This document shows positions 18,340-26,837 of a stretch of 64,000 nucleotides of DNA, piece by piece. The notes under the pieces are model-generated. The model ran no database searches. It saw nothing but the letters and a program-made list of their open reading frames with translations, and was not told the origin of the DNA. A program made the position numbers and the translations under genes. Positions within the stretch are counted from its first letter, which is position 1. The number at the start of each line of letters is the position of its first letter. Source of the stretch: Solirubrobacteraceae bacterium (GTDB lineage Bacteria; Actinomycetota; Thermoleophilia; Solirubrobacterales; Solirubrobacteraceae); contig DASZLT010000040.1 in NCBI GenBank assembly GCA_035552235.1, positions 10,412 through 74,411 of the forward strand, in the 5' to 3' direction.

Positions 18340-18444
18340 ATTAGGCTGCAGTCTTAATCATGAGAAGAATTAAGCTGCGAGCTTATGACGAGCTAAATGA
18401 AGGAAAATCCTTAATTTTGTGCTAGATTAAGCTGAGAGCATAAT
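18340..18444. repeat. Array of four 19-bp palindromes, consensus ATTAAG-N7-CTTAAT, period 29/28/29 bp
   Basis: Copies at 18340 ATTAGGCTGCAGTCTTAAT, 18369 ATTAAGCTGCGAGCTTATG, 18397 ATGAAGGAAAATCCTTAAT, 18426 ATTAAGCTGAGAGCATAAT; last copy overlaps the satD ATG. Confidence 0.85.
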
Positions 18445-19108
18445 GACTGAGGGCGCACATCAATTGCCCGTCACCCTCTTGGGAGACGTCGTCGAGTCCA
18501 AATCGCATCCCGACAGGGCACGCCTGCAAGCCGATCTGCGGGCGGCGCGCGTCGTCGTCGAGCGCTGCGTTGCTGCGATCCAGCCCCCCTATGTCACGGC
18601 GGGGGATGAGTTTCAGGGCGTCTACGCGAGCGTCGCCGATGCGGCCTTCGCGAGCATGCTCATGCGGCTTCAGTTGCTCGGAAGCGAGCTGCCTGCAGAC
18701 ACCAGGTACGGCCTCGGCATCGGCGAATTCACGGTCTTCGAGGGAGACTCGCCAACGATTGAGCAGGACGGTCCCGGCTGGTGGGCAGCCCGTGCGGCGA
18801 TCGACCAAGTCAAGCGGCTCGAGAGCCGTTCGCGCAGCGCGTCGCCGCATACCTGGGTCCGCCGCTGGGACGGTGATGATCCTCAGGTGAACATGGCCAA
18901 CGCGTTCTTGCTCACCAGGGATGCACTGATCGACGGGCTAAGCCCGCGGCAATGCCGGCTGATCGTCGACCTGATTCGCGGCAGCACCGCCGCACAGGCG
19001 GCCGCAAACGAGGGGATCACCGCGCCGGCGGCCTCGCAGACACTCAACACGAGTGGCGCCTACGCGCTGCTCGATGCCCATCGCGCGTTCGCCGAGGCCT
19101 ACGCATGA
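18443..19108 (+). CDS. satD: SatD family protein (nucleotidyl-cyclase-like palm + C-terminal HTH)
   Basis: LLGDVVES, TAGDEFQG, RYGLGIG, DGPGWWAARAA, and HTH TAAQAAANEGITAPAASQ. Confidence 0.85.
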   Translation: MTEGAHQLPVTLLGDVVESKSHPDRARLQADLRAARVVVERCVAAIQPPYVTAGDEFQGVYASVADAAFASMLMRLQLLGSELPADTRYGLGIGEFTVFEGDSPTIEQDGPGWWAARAAIDQVKRLESRSRSASPHTWVRRWDGDDPQVNMANAFLLTRDALIDGLSPRQCRLIVDLIRGSTAAQAAANEGITAPAASQTLNTSGAYALLDAHRAFAEAYA

Positions 19109-19854
19109 GCGTCGTCTCGATCGTGCTGCTCGGCTTCGGCCTCGCCGATCTCGTTAGCGCTTCGCTCCCAGCGCGGGCGCGCCCGATGACCGTCGCGGCG
19201 GTCATCGCGCTATGGCTGGTGGCGTGGGCCTACGTGCTTGGCCTCGTCAGCTGGCAGCCATGGGCCTTGGGCGCGGCGATGCTGCTGCCGCTCGGCGCCT
19301 GGCTGGTCGCTGAGGCAGATTCGGCAGCCAACGCGGGCGGGGGCGTCGTTGCTCCCCGCCGCCAGCTCGCGCTCGTGTCGGGTGTGATCGCGCTGTCACT
19401 GATCCTGGCGGGCCGCTTCCCCGACGTCGACGGACCCTTCGCCCGTTGGTTCGCCCGCCTGCCTCTCAACGTGATCCACCAGGTGAGCCCCGCTCAGGCG
19501 GCGCTGGCCCTCGCAGCAGCCGTCTTCATGCTGCATGCCACCAACCGCATCATCCGACTGGTCCTGGCTGTGGTCGGAGCCGAGATCGAAGCCGGTCAGA
19601 ACAAACTCAAGGGCGGGCGCTACATCGGACCGATCGAGCGCCTGATCGTCGCGGCGCTGATACTGGCGGGCAGCCTCGAGGGCGCCGGCCTGATCATCGC
19701 CGCGAAGGGCTTTATCCGCCTCCCCGAGATCCGTTCTGAGACCGAGAAGAAGGACGGGGCCGGCGACTCGGTCGCCGAGTACTTCCTGATCGGAACGCTC
19801 ACGAGCATCGCGATCGCGGCGGCGCTGGCCGCGCTGATCCTGGCAGCCTATTAG
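19105..19854 (+). CDS. DUF3307-like multi-pass membrane protein (SatD partner)
   Basis: GRYIGPIERL, IIAAKGFIRLPE, AEYFLIGTLTS; ATGA overlap with satD. Confidence 0.75.
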   Translation: MSVVSIVLLGFGLADLVSASLPARARPMTVAAVIALWLVAWAYVLGLVSWQPWALGAAMLLPLGAWLVAEADSAANAGGGVVAPRRQLALVSGVIALSLILAGRFPDVDGPFARWFARLPLNVIHQVSPAQAALALAAAVFMLHATNRIIRLVLAVVGAEIEAGQNKLKGGRYIGPIERLIVAALILAGSLEGAGLIIAAKGFIRLPEIRSETEKKDGAGDSVAEYFLIGTLTSIAIAAALAALILAAY

Positions 19855-19856
19855 CG

Positions 19857-20138
19857 GTGGCCGCCGGTCTCGAGATCATCCTTGACCGCCTACGGCGCGT
19901 GCCCGAGGGCTTCGTGACCACCTACGGCGACCTCTCGCCGGGGGCGCCGCGCCAGGCCGGCCGTGCCCTGGCCGTCTCCACCGACGAGAGCCTGCCGTGG
20001 TGGCGTGTGGTCCACAGCGACGGCAGCTGGGCCAAGGGCGAGCGCCAGCGTCAACTGCTCGAGGCCGACGGCATCCCCATCAGCGGCGAGCGCGTCGTGA
20101 TGAAGGCGGCCCGGATCGACCCCGAGGCCATCCTCTGA
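19857..20138 (+). CDS. Alkyltransferase-like protein (MGMT family, Atl/YbaZ type)
   Basis: VPEGFVTTYGDL, PRQAGRAL, LPWWRVV (Trp replaces catalytic Cys), QRQLLEADG. Confidence 0.88.
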   Translation: MAAGLEIILDRLRRVPEGFVTTYGDLSPGAPRQAGRALAVSTDESLPWWRVVHSDGSWAKGERQRQLLEADGIPISGERVVMKAARIDPEAIL

Positions 20139-20183
20139 GCGAGGCAGCGGCCTGACAGCACCTGGATCGAGCGGCTGAGCCCG

Positions 20184-20543
20184 CTAGCGGGTGTCCCATC
20201 CGAACGGGCGCCGCGACCGGGACAGCGTGTTTACGACCAGGTCGTATGAGTCCTCGATCATGTCCACGAGCATCCGCTCGGGCAGCGAGCCGCCGACGAT
20301 GACGGTGTTCCAGTGCCGCTTGTTCAGGTGATAGCCGGGGATCACCTCTGGGTGTGACTCGCGCAGCTGCTCGGCGAGCGTGGGCTCACACTTGAGACTG
20401 ACACGAAGTTCGTCGGTGCCGAGCCGCGAAAGGGCGAACACCTTGCCCGCGACCTTGAACACGGAGGTGTCGGGGCCGAACGGAAACGTCTCCTCGGCGC
20501 CGGGGAACGACAGCAGCTGCTCACGAAGCTCGGCTGCCTTCAC
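20184..20543 (-). CDS. MmcQ/YjbR family DNA-binding protein
   Basis: FPFGPDTSVFKVAGKVFA, LKCEP, PGYHLNKRHWNTV, IEDSYDLV. Confidence 0.92.
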   Translation of the reverse strand: MKAAELREQLLSFPGAEETFPFGPDTSVFKVAGKVFALSRLGTDELRVSLKCEPTLAEQLRESHPEVIPGYHLNKRHWNTVIVGGSLPERMLVDMIEDSYDLVVNTLSRSRRPFGWDTR

Positions 20544-20549
20544 AGCACC

Positions 20550-21563
20550 TCAGCGCGGCGGCAGCGTCCGCGGCAGCCCGAAGGCGCCGAGCACGCTGTT
20601 GTCGAAGCGTGTGATCGCCGAGATCGCGTCGCCGGACAGCGTGAACACGAGCACCCCGTAGGCGCGGAACAGGCCGGTGGCCTCGTCTCGCGGATACAGG
20701 CCGAAGGCTGGCTGCCCGTTGGCGCGCGTGGGCAGCAGGCGGAACTCGCGGCCCGGGCGGAAGGCGACGGCGGTCATGAAGTCGCGGGTCAGCTCGCGGC
20801 CCTGGTACTCGAGCGGCACCGGCGGCATCCGCATCCAGACATCCTCGGTCAGCAACTCGACAAGCGCGTCGATGTCCGCGGCCTCATAGGCGATCGTCAG
20901 CTTGCGCAGCAGTTCGCGCTCCGCGGGCGAGCCCGGTAGCGGTGGTGGCGCGTTGCGCAGCTCGTCGTCGTCGGCCAGCGTTGCGCGGGCCCGCTTGAGC
21001 GCGCTCGTCACCGACTCCTCGGTGGTCTCGAGCATCTCGGCGACCTCGCTGGCACGGAAGCCCATCACGTCGCGCAGGACCAGAACCGCGCGCTGGCGCG
21101 GCGGCAGCGTCTGCAGGATCGTGATGAAGGCGAGTGAGATCGACTCGCTTGCCGCGTACACCGCGTCGGGTCCCGGCCCCGAGTCGGGCAGCCCCTCGAG
21201 CAACACGTCGGGGTAAGGCTCGAGCCAGATGATCTCGGTCTCCCGGGTCGCCGGCGGAACCGGCAGCCCATTGAACTCAGGCTCCATCGGGATGCGCCGG
21301 TCGGCGGCGCGCAGGCTGTTCAGGCAGCGATTGGTCGCGATCCGGTAGAGCCAGGTGCGCAATGAGGCGCGCTGTTCGTAGCCGTCCAGCCCGCGCCAGG
21401 CTGCGAGCAGCGTCTCCTGCAGCGCGTCCTCGGCGTCCTGCAGTGAGCCCAGGATCCGGTAGCAGTGGACGTGCAGCTCGCGCCGGAACGGGTCGGTCAG
21501 GTCGGCAAAGGCCTGCTCGTCGCCGGCTCGGGCGCGATCCAGGAGCAGCTCGGTCACGGTCAC
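20550..21563 (-). CDS. ECF sigma factor with C-terminal SnoaL-like domain (SigG/ECF56-like)
   Basis: ELHVHCYRILGSLQDAEDALQET, WLYRIATN, WLEPYPD, LPPRQRAVLVLRDV, MPP, ANGQPA. Confidence 0.9.
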   Translation of the reverse strand: MTVTELLLDRARAGDEQAFADLTDPFRRELHVHCYRILGSLQDAEDALQETLLAAWRGLDGYEQRASLRTWLYRIATNRCLNSLRAADRRIPMEPEFNGLPVPPATRETEIIWLEPYPDVLLEGLPDSGPGPDAVYAASESISLAFITILQTLPPRQRAVLVLRDVMGFRASEVAEMLETTEESVTSALKRARATLADDDELRNAPPPLPGSPAERELLRKLTIAYEAADIDALVELLTEDVWMRMPPVPLEYQGRELTRDFMTAVAFRPGREFRLLPTRANGQPAFGLYPRDEATGLFRAYGVLVFTLSGDAISAITRFDNSVLGAFGLPRTLPPR

Positions 21564-21590
21564 ATCCTCTCATCTCGGTCTCTCTGGATG

Positions 21591-21661
21591 TACTGACACC
21601 GCACGCGCCCAAAACTGGGCGCTCCGGAACCGCCCAGTTTTCGACCGGCCCCGTGTCTGCA
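21591..21661. promoter_or_regulatory. Back-to-back mirror-image ECF promoters CGCCCAGTTTT-N11-GTGTCWGYA
   Basis: Same bipartite motif and spacing on both strands: 21631-21661 (+, toward yciI) and 21621-21591 (-, toward sigma). Confidence 0.7.
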
Positions 21662-21713
21662 TTGACGTAACCCACAAACCGGCGCCGTGTGGCGCCAGCA
21701 CCAGGAGGCACAC

Positions 21714-22013
21714 ATGCCCAATTACGTCTTCACCTACCGGCAGGCCAAGGGCGCGTCCCTGAATATGGACGAGACCGACTCGTGGTTCAAGTGGTTCGAT
21801 GAGATCGGCGAGCACATCACCGAGCGCGGCTCCGCGGTCGCCAGCTCGCGGCAGGTCGGCAACGTCGGCGGCGACCAGAGCGTCAGCGGTTTCACGGTGA
21901 TCAGCGCCCGTGACATGGATCACGCAGTCGAGCTCGCCCATGGCTGCCCCGCGATCGCCCTGGGCCACGGGCTCGAGGTCGGCGAGCTGCTCGTGATTCC
22001 GGCGGCGGCGTAG
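21714..22013 (+). CDS. YciI/DGPF family protein
   Basis: WFKWFDEIG, SGFTVISARDMDHAVELAHGCP, LEVGE; AGGAGG RBS. Confidence 0.8.
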   Translation: MPNYVFTYRQAKGASLNMDETDSWFKWFDEIGEHITERGSAVASSRQVGNVGGDQSVSGFTVISARDMDHAVELAHGCPAIALGHGLEVGELLVIPAAA

Positions 22014-22038
22014 CCGGCGCGGACAAGGGAGCAGCACG

Positions 22039-23517
22039 ATGACAACTGAAACCCGCACCCGGCCGGCGACGGGGAGCTCGCGCCTGACGCTCACCGTGCT
22101 GCTCACCTGCGTCGCCAACTTCATGGTCACGCTCGACGCGCTCGTGGTCGTGACCGCGTTGCCGTCGATCCACCGCTCGCTGGGCGGTGGGATCACCACC
22201 CTGCAGTGGACGATCACGGCGTACACGATGTCCTTCGGCGCGGGCATCGTGACGGCCGCGGAGCTCGGCGACCGCTTCGGCCGCCGACGCGTCTATCTGT
22301 TCGGATTGACAGCGTTCACGCTCGCCTCGGCGATCTGCGCGCTGGCGCCCAACACCGGCGTGCTGATCGGCTTCCGTGTGCTGCAGGGTGTCGGCGCTGC
22401 CTGCGTGATGCCGCTCGGCATGACGCTCCTGACCTCGGCCTTCCCGGTCGAGCGCCGTGGCGCGATCCTCGGGATCTGGCAGGGGATCGCCGGGCTGGCG
22501 GTGGCCTCGGGCCCGCTCGTCGGGGGCGCGCTGACTCAGGGCGCCAGCTGGCACTGGATCTTCTGGATCAACGTGCCCGTCGGCGTGGTCGCGGCGATCG
22601 GCGCGCGCCTGCATCTGAAGGAGAGCTACGGCGCCCGCCAGCCGCTCGATCTGCCCGCGCTGGCGCTCGTCACAAGCGGCGTCGGCCTGCTGATCTGGGG
22701 CGTCGTCTCCGGCGGCCAGGACGGCTGGGGAGCGACGGCAAACGTCGCCGGCATGGTTGCCGGTCTGGCGGCGCTGGGGGGCTTCGTCTATCGCGAGGCC
22801 AGGACGCGCTACCCGATGATCCCGCTGAGTCTGTTCAGCAACCGGACGTTCTCCTCGGCCGTCGGCGCCCAATTCATGTTGAGCGCGGCGATCTACGCGG
22901 CGGCCTTCATCACCAGTGAGTTCTTCCAGCTGGGCCTCGGCAACTCACCGCTGACCGCCGGCCTGAAGTTCCTGCCGTGGACGGCGACGCCGCTGCTCGT
23001 CTCGCCGTTCGCCGGGCTGCTGTTCGACAAGGTGGGAGCGCGCGTGCTGGTCGTGCCCGGGCTCGCGATGCAGGCCGGCGGCTTTGCCTGGATCGTCTCG
23101 CTGGCGGCCGATCACGCCTCGTACGGCAGCTACATCCCGCCGTTCGTGATCGCCGGCGTCGGGATCTCGATGGCGCTGCCCTGCGTCGCGGCCGCCGGTC
23201 TGAGCGCGGCTCCGCAGCGTCTGCTCGGCAAGGCGGCAGGCACGGTCAACACGCTGCAGCAGTTCGGCTCCGTGTTCGGCGTCGCGATCGCGACGGCCGT
23301 GTTCAACGCGCATGGCAGTCTCACAAGCCCGGAGCACGTGACCAGCGGCTTCAAGCCGGCACTCGGCGTGGCGGCCGGCCTCTCGTTGCTGGGCGCGATC
23401 GTCGCGATCGCGATGCGCAGCAACCGTGGCGTGGTCAGTTCGCTTGACGGCTCGAGCGTGCCCAATCGCGATGTTGAAGCGCTATCCGCGGTCGTGGGTG
23501 TTGCGAGTGGGAGCTGA
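22039..23517 (+). CDS. DHA2 (EmrB/QacA) MFS efflux transporter
   Basis: LDALVVVTALP, LGDRFGRRR, RVLQGVGAA, GPLVGG, WHWIFWINVPVG; about 14 TM. Confidence 0.92.
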   Translation: MTTETRTRPATGSSRLTLTVLLTCVANFMVTLDALVVVTALPSIHRSLGGGITTLQWTITAYTMSFGAGIVTAAELGDRFGRRRVYLFGLTAFTLASAICALAPNTGVLIGFRVLQGVGAACVMPLGMTLLTSAFPVERRGAILGIWQGIAGLAVASGPLVGGALTQGASWHWIFWINVPVGVVAAIGARLHLKESYGARQPLDLPALALVTSGVGLLIWGVVSGGQDGWGATANVAGMVAGLAALGGFVYREARTRYPMIPLSLFSNRTFSSAVGAQFMLSAAIYAAAFITSEFFQLGLGNSPLTAGLKFLPWTATPLLVSPFAGLLFDKVGARVLVVPGLAMQAGGFAWIVSLAADHASYGSYIPPFVIAGVGISMALPCVAAAGLSAAPQRLLGKAAGTVNTLQQFGSVFGVAIATAVFNAHGSLTSPEHVTSGFKPALGVAAGLSLLGAIVAIAMRSNRGVVSSLDGSSVPNRDVEALSAVVGVASGS

Positions 23518-23670
23518 CAGCTGTTGGGTGCACATTCAGACAAATTGCCCACCCTGTCTGGTGATTTGTCTGTAGGCGTCCGCTGAGCAGCACTATTTGG
23601 AATAAGTACCAGCCACGGGCCTGACTTGTCTGATTACGAGCCCTGAAAACCGGTGTGTCGCGGGTGGGTG

Positions 23671-23735
23671 GGCGGCGAGGCGTCTGCCCGCCCGCGGCGG
23701 CACAGGGTGGGGCGGCGAGGCGTCAGCCCGCCCGC
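23671..23735. repeat. Two ~25-bp direct repeats, each hairpin-forming with its flank (REP-like/terminator), between convergent MFS genes
   Basis: ggcggcgaggcgtc(t/a)gcccgcccgc at 23671 and 23711, each preceded by gggtg(g). Confidence 0.65.
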
Positions 23736-23736
23736 C

Positions 23737-24927
23737 TCAGCTCGCCGCGGCGTCCGCGAGTCCGTCTCCCGCGGCATCCGCTGCCTGGCCTGACAGCGAC
23801 CCCTGCGACACAAAGCGCAGGACCCCCACAGCGATAGCCGCCATCAGCAGGAACGCGACAGTCGGCTGGTGAACGACGATCTGCACCAGGATCGCGATCA
23901 CGATCCCGCCGGCGTTCCCAGACAGCCAGATCAGAGCGGTCGCGCTGGTTCCCGCGGAGCCGGCGCGCCGCTCTGAGATCTCGAGGATCACCGGCAGCGA
24001 GGCGAGCATCAGAAAGCCGATCACGGCCGCGCCGGCCGCGATCGCCGGCACCCACCTCCAGACGGCGAACAGCACGCACGCGCCGCAGGTTCCGACGCTG
24101 GCGGCACGGAACAGCAGGTGATCCTGGCGCGCACGGATGATCGCGGTTGGCAGGATCACCGAGCCGATCACGCCGGCGATGACGGCGCCGACCAGCACCC
24201 AGCCGGCCGTCGAGGCCGAGACCCCGGCGGGCTTCAGCAGCGTCTGCAACCAGGTCGTCAGCGCCACGAACAGCCCGAAGCCGATGAACGAAACCATCGC
24301 CAGCCGGCGGATCCCGGGCTCGCGCCAGACGGTGCCGAGGCCGAACACCCCGGTCACGTCGCCGCTGACCTGCATCCCCGGGCTCAGCGCGAACATGGTC
24401 AGCATCGCGATCGTCGCCACCACGCCGAACACCGCGTCGATCACGAGCAACGTGTGCAGGTGCGCGGCGCCGATCGCCGAGCCGAGCGCCAGCGACAGCA
24501 GCATCCCGAGGAAGATCCCGGCCGAGCCGATCGCGATCCCCACCGGGCGCGAGCGCGCGCTCAAGTAGCCGCTCGCGAGGCCCGTGACGACGTTCAGGAT
24601 CAGCGGCTGCGCGACAGCGATCAGCGGCTGCGCGACCGCGATCAGCACCTGCCCGGCCAGCGCCCAGGCGAACGTGTCGCCACCGAGCCGCAGCACGCCG
24701 ATCGCGGTCAGCATCGCTCCCGCCGCCAGCACCGGCCGGAACCAGCGGTCGAGCAGCGAGGCCGCCGGCACCGCCAGCAGCACATAGAGCAGCGGGAAGA
24801 TCTCGGCCAGCCAGCCGATATCGTCGGAGCTCACGCGGTAGTGATGTGCCGATGGCGTGGTGATCGGCGTGAACGTCAACCACAGCATCTGGTTGGCGGC
24901 ACCGACCAGCGCGTAGGTGGCGATCAC
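23737..24927 (-). CDS. MFS transporter (FLVCR-like), start uncertain
   Basis: NQMLWLTFTPI, LLDRW, AGQVLIAVAQP, GNAGG; about 12 TM; contains a 7-aa tandem duplication. Confidence 0.82.
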   Translation of the reverse strand: MIATYALVGAANQMLWLTFTPITTPSAHHYRVSSDDIGWLAEIFPLLYVLLAVPAASLLDRWFRPVLAAGAMLTAIGVLRLGGDTFAWALAGQVLIAVAQPLIAVAQPLILNVVTGLASGYLSARSRPVGIAIGSAGIFLGMLLSLALGSAIGAAHLHTLLVIDAVFGVVATIAMLTMFALSPGMQVSGDVTGVFGLGTVWREPGIRRLAMVSFIGFGLFVALTTWLQTLLKPAGVSASTAGWVLVGAVIAGVIGSVILPTAIIRARQDHLLFRAASVGTCGACVLFAVWRWVPAIAAGAAVIGFLMLASLPVILEISERRAGSAGTSATALIWLSGNAGGIVIAILVQIVVHQPTVAFLLMAAIAVGVLRFVSQGSLSGQAADAAGDGLADAAAS

Positions 24928-24933
24928 CGGCCA

Positions 24934-24973
24934 ACGGTCCCGTCCCGACTCACTTATACGGTTCCGTCCCGAC
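24934..24973. promoter_or_regulatory. Paired operator-like repeats ACGGT(C/T)CCGTCCCGAC flanking a TATAAG -10
   Basis: 16-bp direct repeats at 24934 and 24958, each with an ACGG-N2-CCGT palindrome, at the MFS 5' end. Confidence 0.55.
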
Positions 24974-24978
24974 CGAAT

Positions 24979-25075
24979 TCACAGGAAGCACTGCCGCTCG
25001 CCGCGGTAGGTCGGCACCTCGTCGACGATCGCGTCGCCCGAGACGAGCTAGAGCGTGTTGAAGCGCTCCTGAGGG
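24979..25075 (-). pseudogene. 3' remnant of amino acid deaminase/aldolase (alanine racemase-domain) gene
   Basis: Reads QERFNTL*LVSGDAIVDEVPTYRGERQCFL*, matching the recalled ..ERF...VPTYRGEG..FL C-terminus of this actinobacterial family. Confidence 0.6.
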
Positions 25076-25329
25076 CCTGTTCGCCAACGCCGAGCTCGGT
25101 CGCGTACTCGGACCGGTTGGTTGAGCATCGGTCCCGGTCGAGCGTCGGGTGCGGTCGAGCATCGGCCGAGCGCCGGCGCCCAGCATGCTCATCCAAGCAC
25201 ACTGGCGCGGGCGCTGCTGAAGTGCTCGGATCTGCACGAATAGCGACCGCGTTTAAGCAAAGTTCCGGGCGAGCCCGCGATTTGCTCGTTGAAGCATGCT
25301 CTCAGCCCGCAATACGCTGTCAGTCAGCG

Positions 25330-26172
25330 ATGGCAGTCACGCCCTCATCACCGCCGCGCCGCGAGGAGTTGCGCGCGTTTCTGCGCTCGCGCCGCGCGCG
25401 CCTGAGCCCGGTCGACGTCGGCCTGCCAGATGACGGGGCCCGGTGCCGCACGCCCGGGCTGAGGCGCGAGGAGCTCGCGTCACTCGCCGGCGTGGGCGTG
25501 TCCTGGTACACGTGGCTCGAGCAGGGGCGCGACATCCATCCCTCGCCCGACGTGCTCGAGGCACTGGCTCGCGCGCTGCGGCTCGACGGCGCCGAGCGCG
25601 CGACGCTGTTCGCCCTGGCCCGCACCGAGCTGCCGCTGCCGTCCGCCGATGCGGACGCCCCCGAGAGCGACCACGCGCTGCTGATCGCGCTGGTGCAGAG
25701 CCTGCACCCGACGCCCGCCTACCTGCTCGGCCCGATGACCCGGATCCTCGCCTGGAACGACGCGGCCGGCGCGCTGTTCGGCTCGCCCCATCACATCCCA
25801 GAGGAACGGCGGTCGCTGCTGTGGATGCTGCTCGTCGATCCCGGCGACGATCGCGACAACCCCGGCCGTCGCGGCACCGCCCGCAACCAGGTCGCCCGCT
25901 TCCGCGCCGAGTACGCCGAGCATGCCGGCGAGCCCGAGTACGAGCGGTTCGTCGAGGGGCTGAAGGCAAACGGCGCCTGGTTTCGCCAGTGGTGGGGTGA
26001 GCACCAGATCTCAGGCACCCAGCGCGGTACCAAGACGATCGATCACCCGAGCCTCGGGCACCTGCGCCTGCATCACGCGCAGACCATCCCCACTGGGTCA
26101 CCCGACCTGCGGCTGACGATCTACGCCCCCGCCGACGAGGCCACACGTACGGCGCTCGCCACCCTCGGGTGA
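25330..26172 (+). CDS. XRE-family HTH regulator with MmyB ligand-binding domain
   Basis: ELRAFLRSRRARLSP, TPGLRREELA, VSWYTWLEQGR, LAWNDAA, HPSLG. Confidence 0.92.
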   Translation: MAVTPSSPPRREELRAFLRSRRARLSPVDVGLPDDGARCRTPGLRREELASLAGVGVSWYTWLEQGRDIHPSPDVLEALARALRLDGAERATLFALARTELPLPSADADAPESDHALLIALVQSLHPTPAYLLGPMTRILAWNDAAGALFGSPHHIPEERRSLLWMLLVDPGDDRDNPGRRGTARNQVARFRAEYAEHAGEPEYERFVEGLKANGAWFRQWWGEHQISGTQRGTKTIDHPSLGHLRLHHAQTIPTGSPDLRLTIYAPADEATRTALATLG

Positions 26173-26225
26173 GCGCCGCCGCGATCGGAGACCAGCCGGC
26201 GGGCCGCCGGGTAAGCTGCGCGTCC

Positions 26226-26837
26226 GTGAGCCTCTGGAACTCGACTGCGGACGAGCTGTTGCAGCGCGCTTCATCCGCCGACCCGACGCCGGGCGGCGGT
26301 TCGATCGCCGCGGTAGCGGCCGCGTTTGCGCTGAGCCTGGTGCGAATGACGGTCGAGATAACCCTCTCCGCTCCCGTCAGTGACGCCGCTGGGGAGGCGC
26401 AGCTCGCCGATGCGCAGGGCCGGGCACGCGAGCTACAGGCGCAGATGGTCGCGGCGGCGGATCGCGATATCGCCGAATTCGAGGCGCTGATGGTCGGCTA
26501 CCGGATGCCCCGTGAGAGCGACGAGCAGCGGGCGGCGCGCCGCCGCGTCATCGACGACGCCACGGTGACCGCCACCCGCGGCCCACTCGGCATCGCCGAG
26601 GCGTCCGTCTTCGGGATGGCGCTGTGCGACGAGATCGAGCCGCTCGTCAAGGCGACCGTCGTCAGCGACGTGCAGGCCGGCCGCGACCTGCTGCGAGGTG
26701 CCGCGCTCGCAGCCCTGCGCACCGCCGACATCAACCTTGTCGCCCTCGAGCGGTCCGGACACCCGGAGGCGCCAATCCTGCGCGAGCGCCGAGATAGCGC
26801 CCAGCGTGCCGCCACCAGCGGTGGGGGGCACGGTTGA
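26226..26837 (+). CDS. fchA: Cyclodeaminase/cyclohydrolase family (FchA-type methenyl-THF cyclohydrolase)
   Basis: ASSADPTPGGGSIAA, DRDIAEF, YRMPR, VVSD, INL. Confidence 0.82.
   Translation: MSLWNSTADELLQRASSADPTPGGGSIAAVAAAFALSLVRMTVEITLSAPVSDAAGEAQLADAQGRARELQAQMVAAADRDIAEFEALMVGYRMPRESDEQRAARRRVIDDATVTATRGPLGIAEASVFGMALCDEIEPLVKATVVSDVQAGRDLLRGAALAALRTADINLVALERSGHPEAPILRERRDSAQRAATSGGGHG

Noticed and set aside
18340-18444. CRISPR array
   Set aside because: Repeats are 19 bp and degenerate, spacers only 9-10 bp, and no cas genes are present
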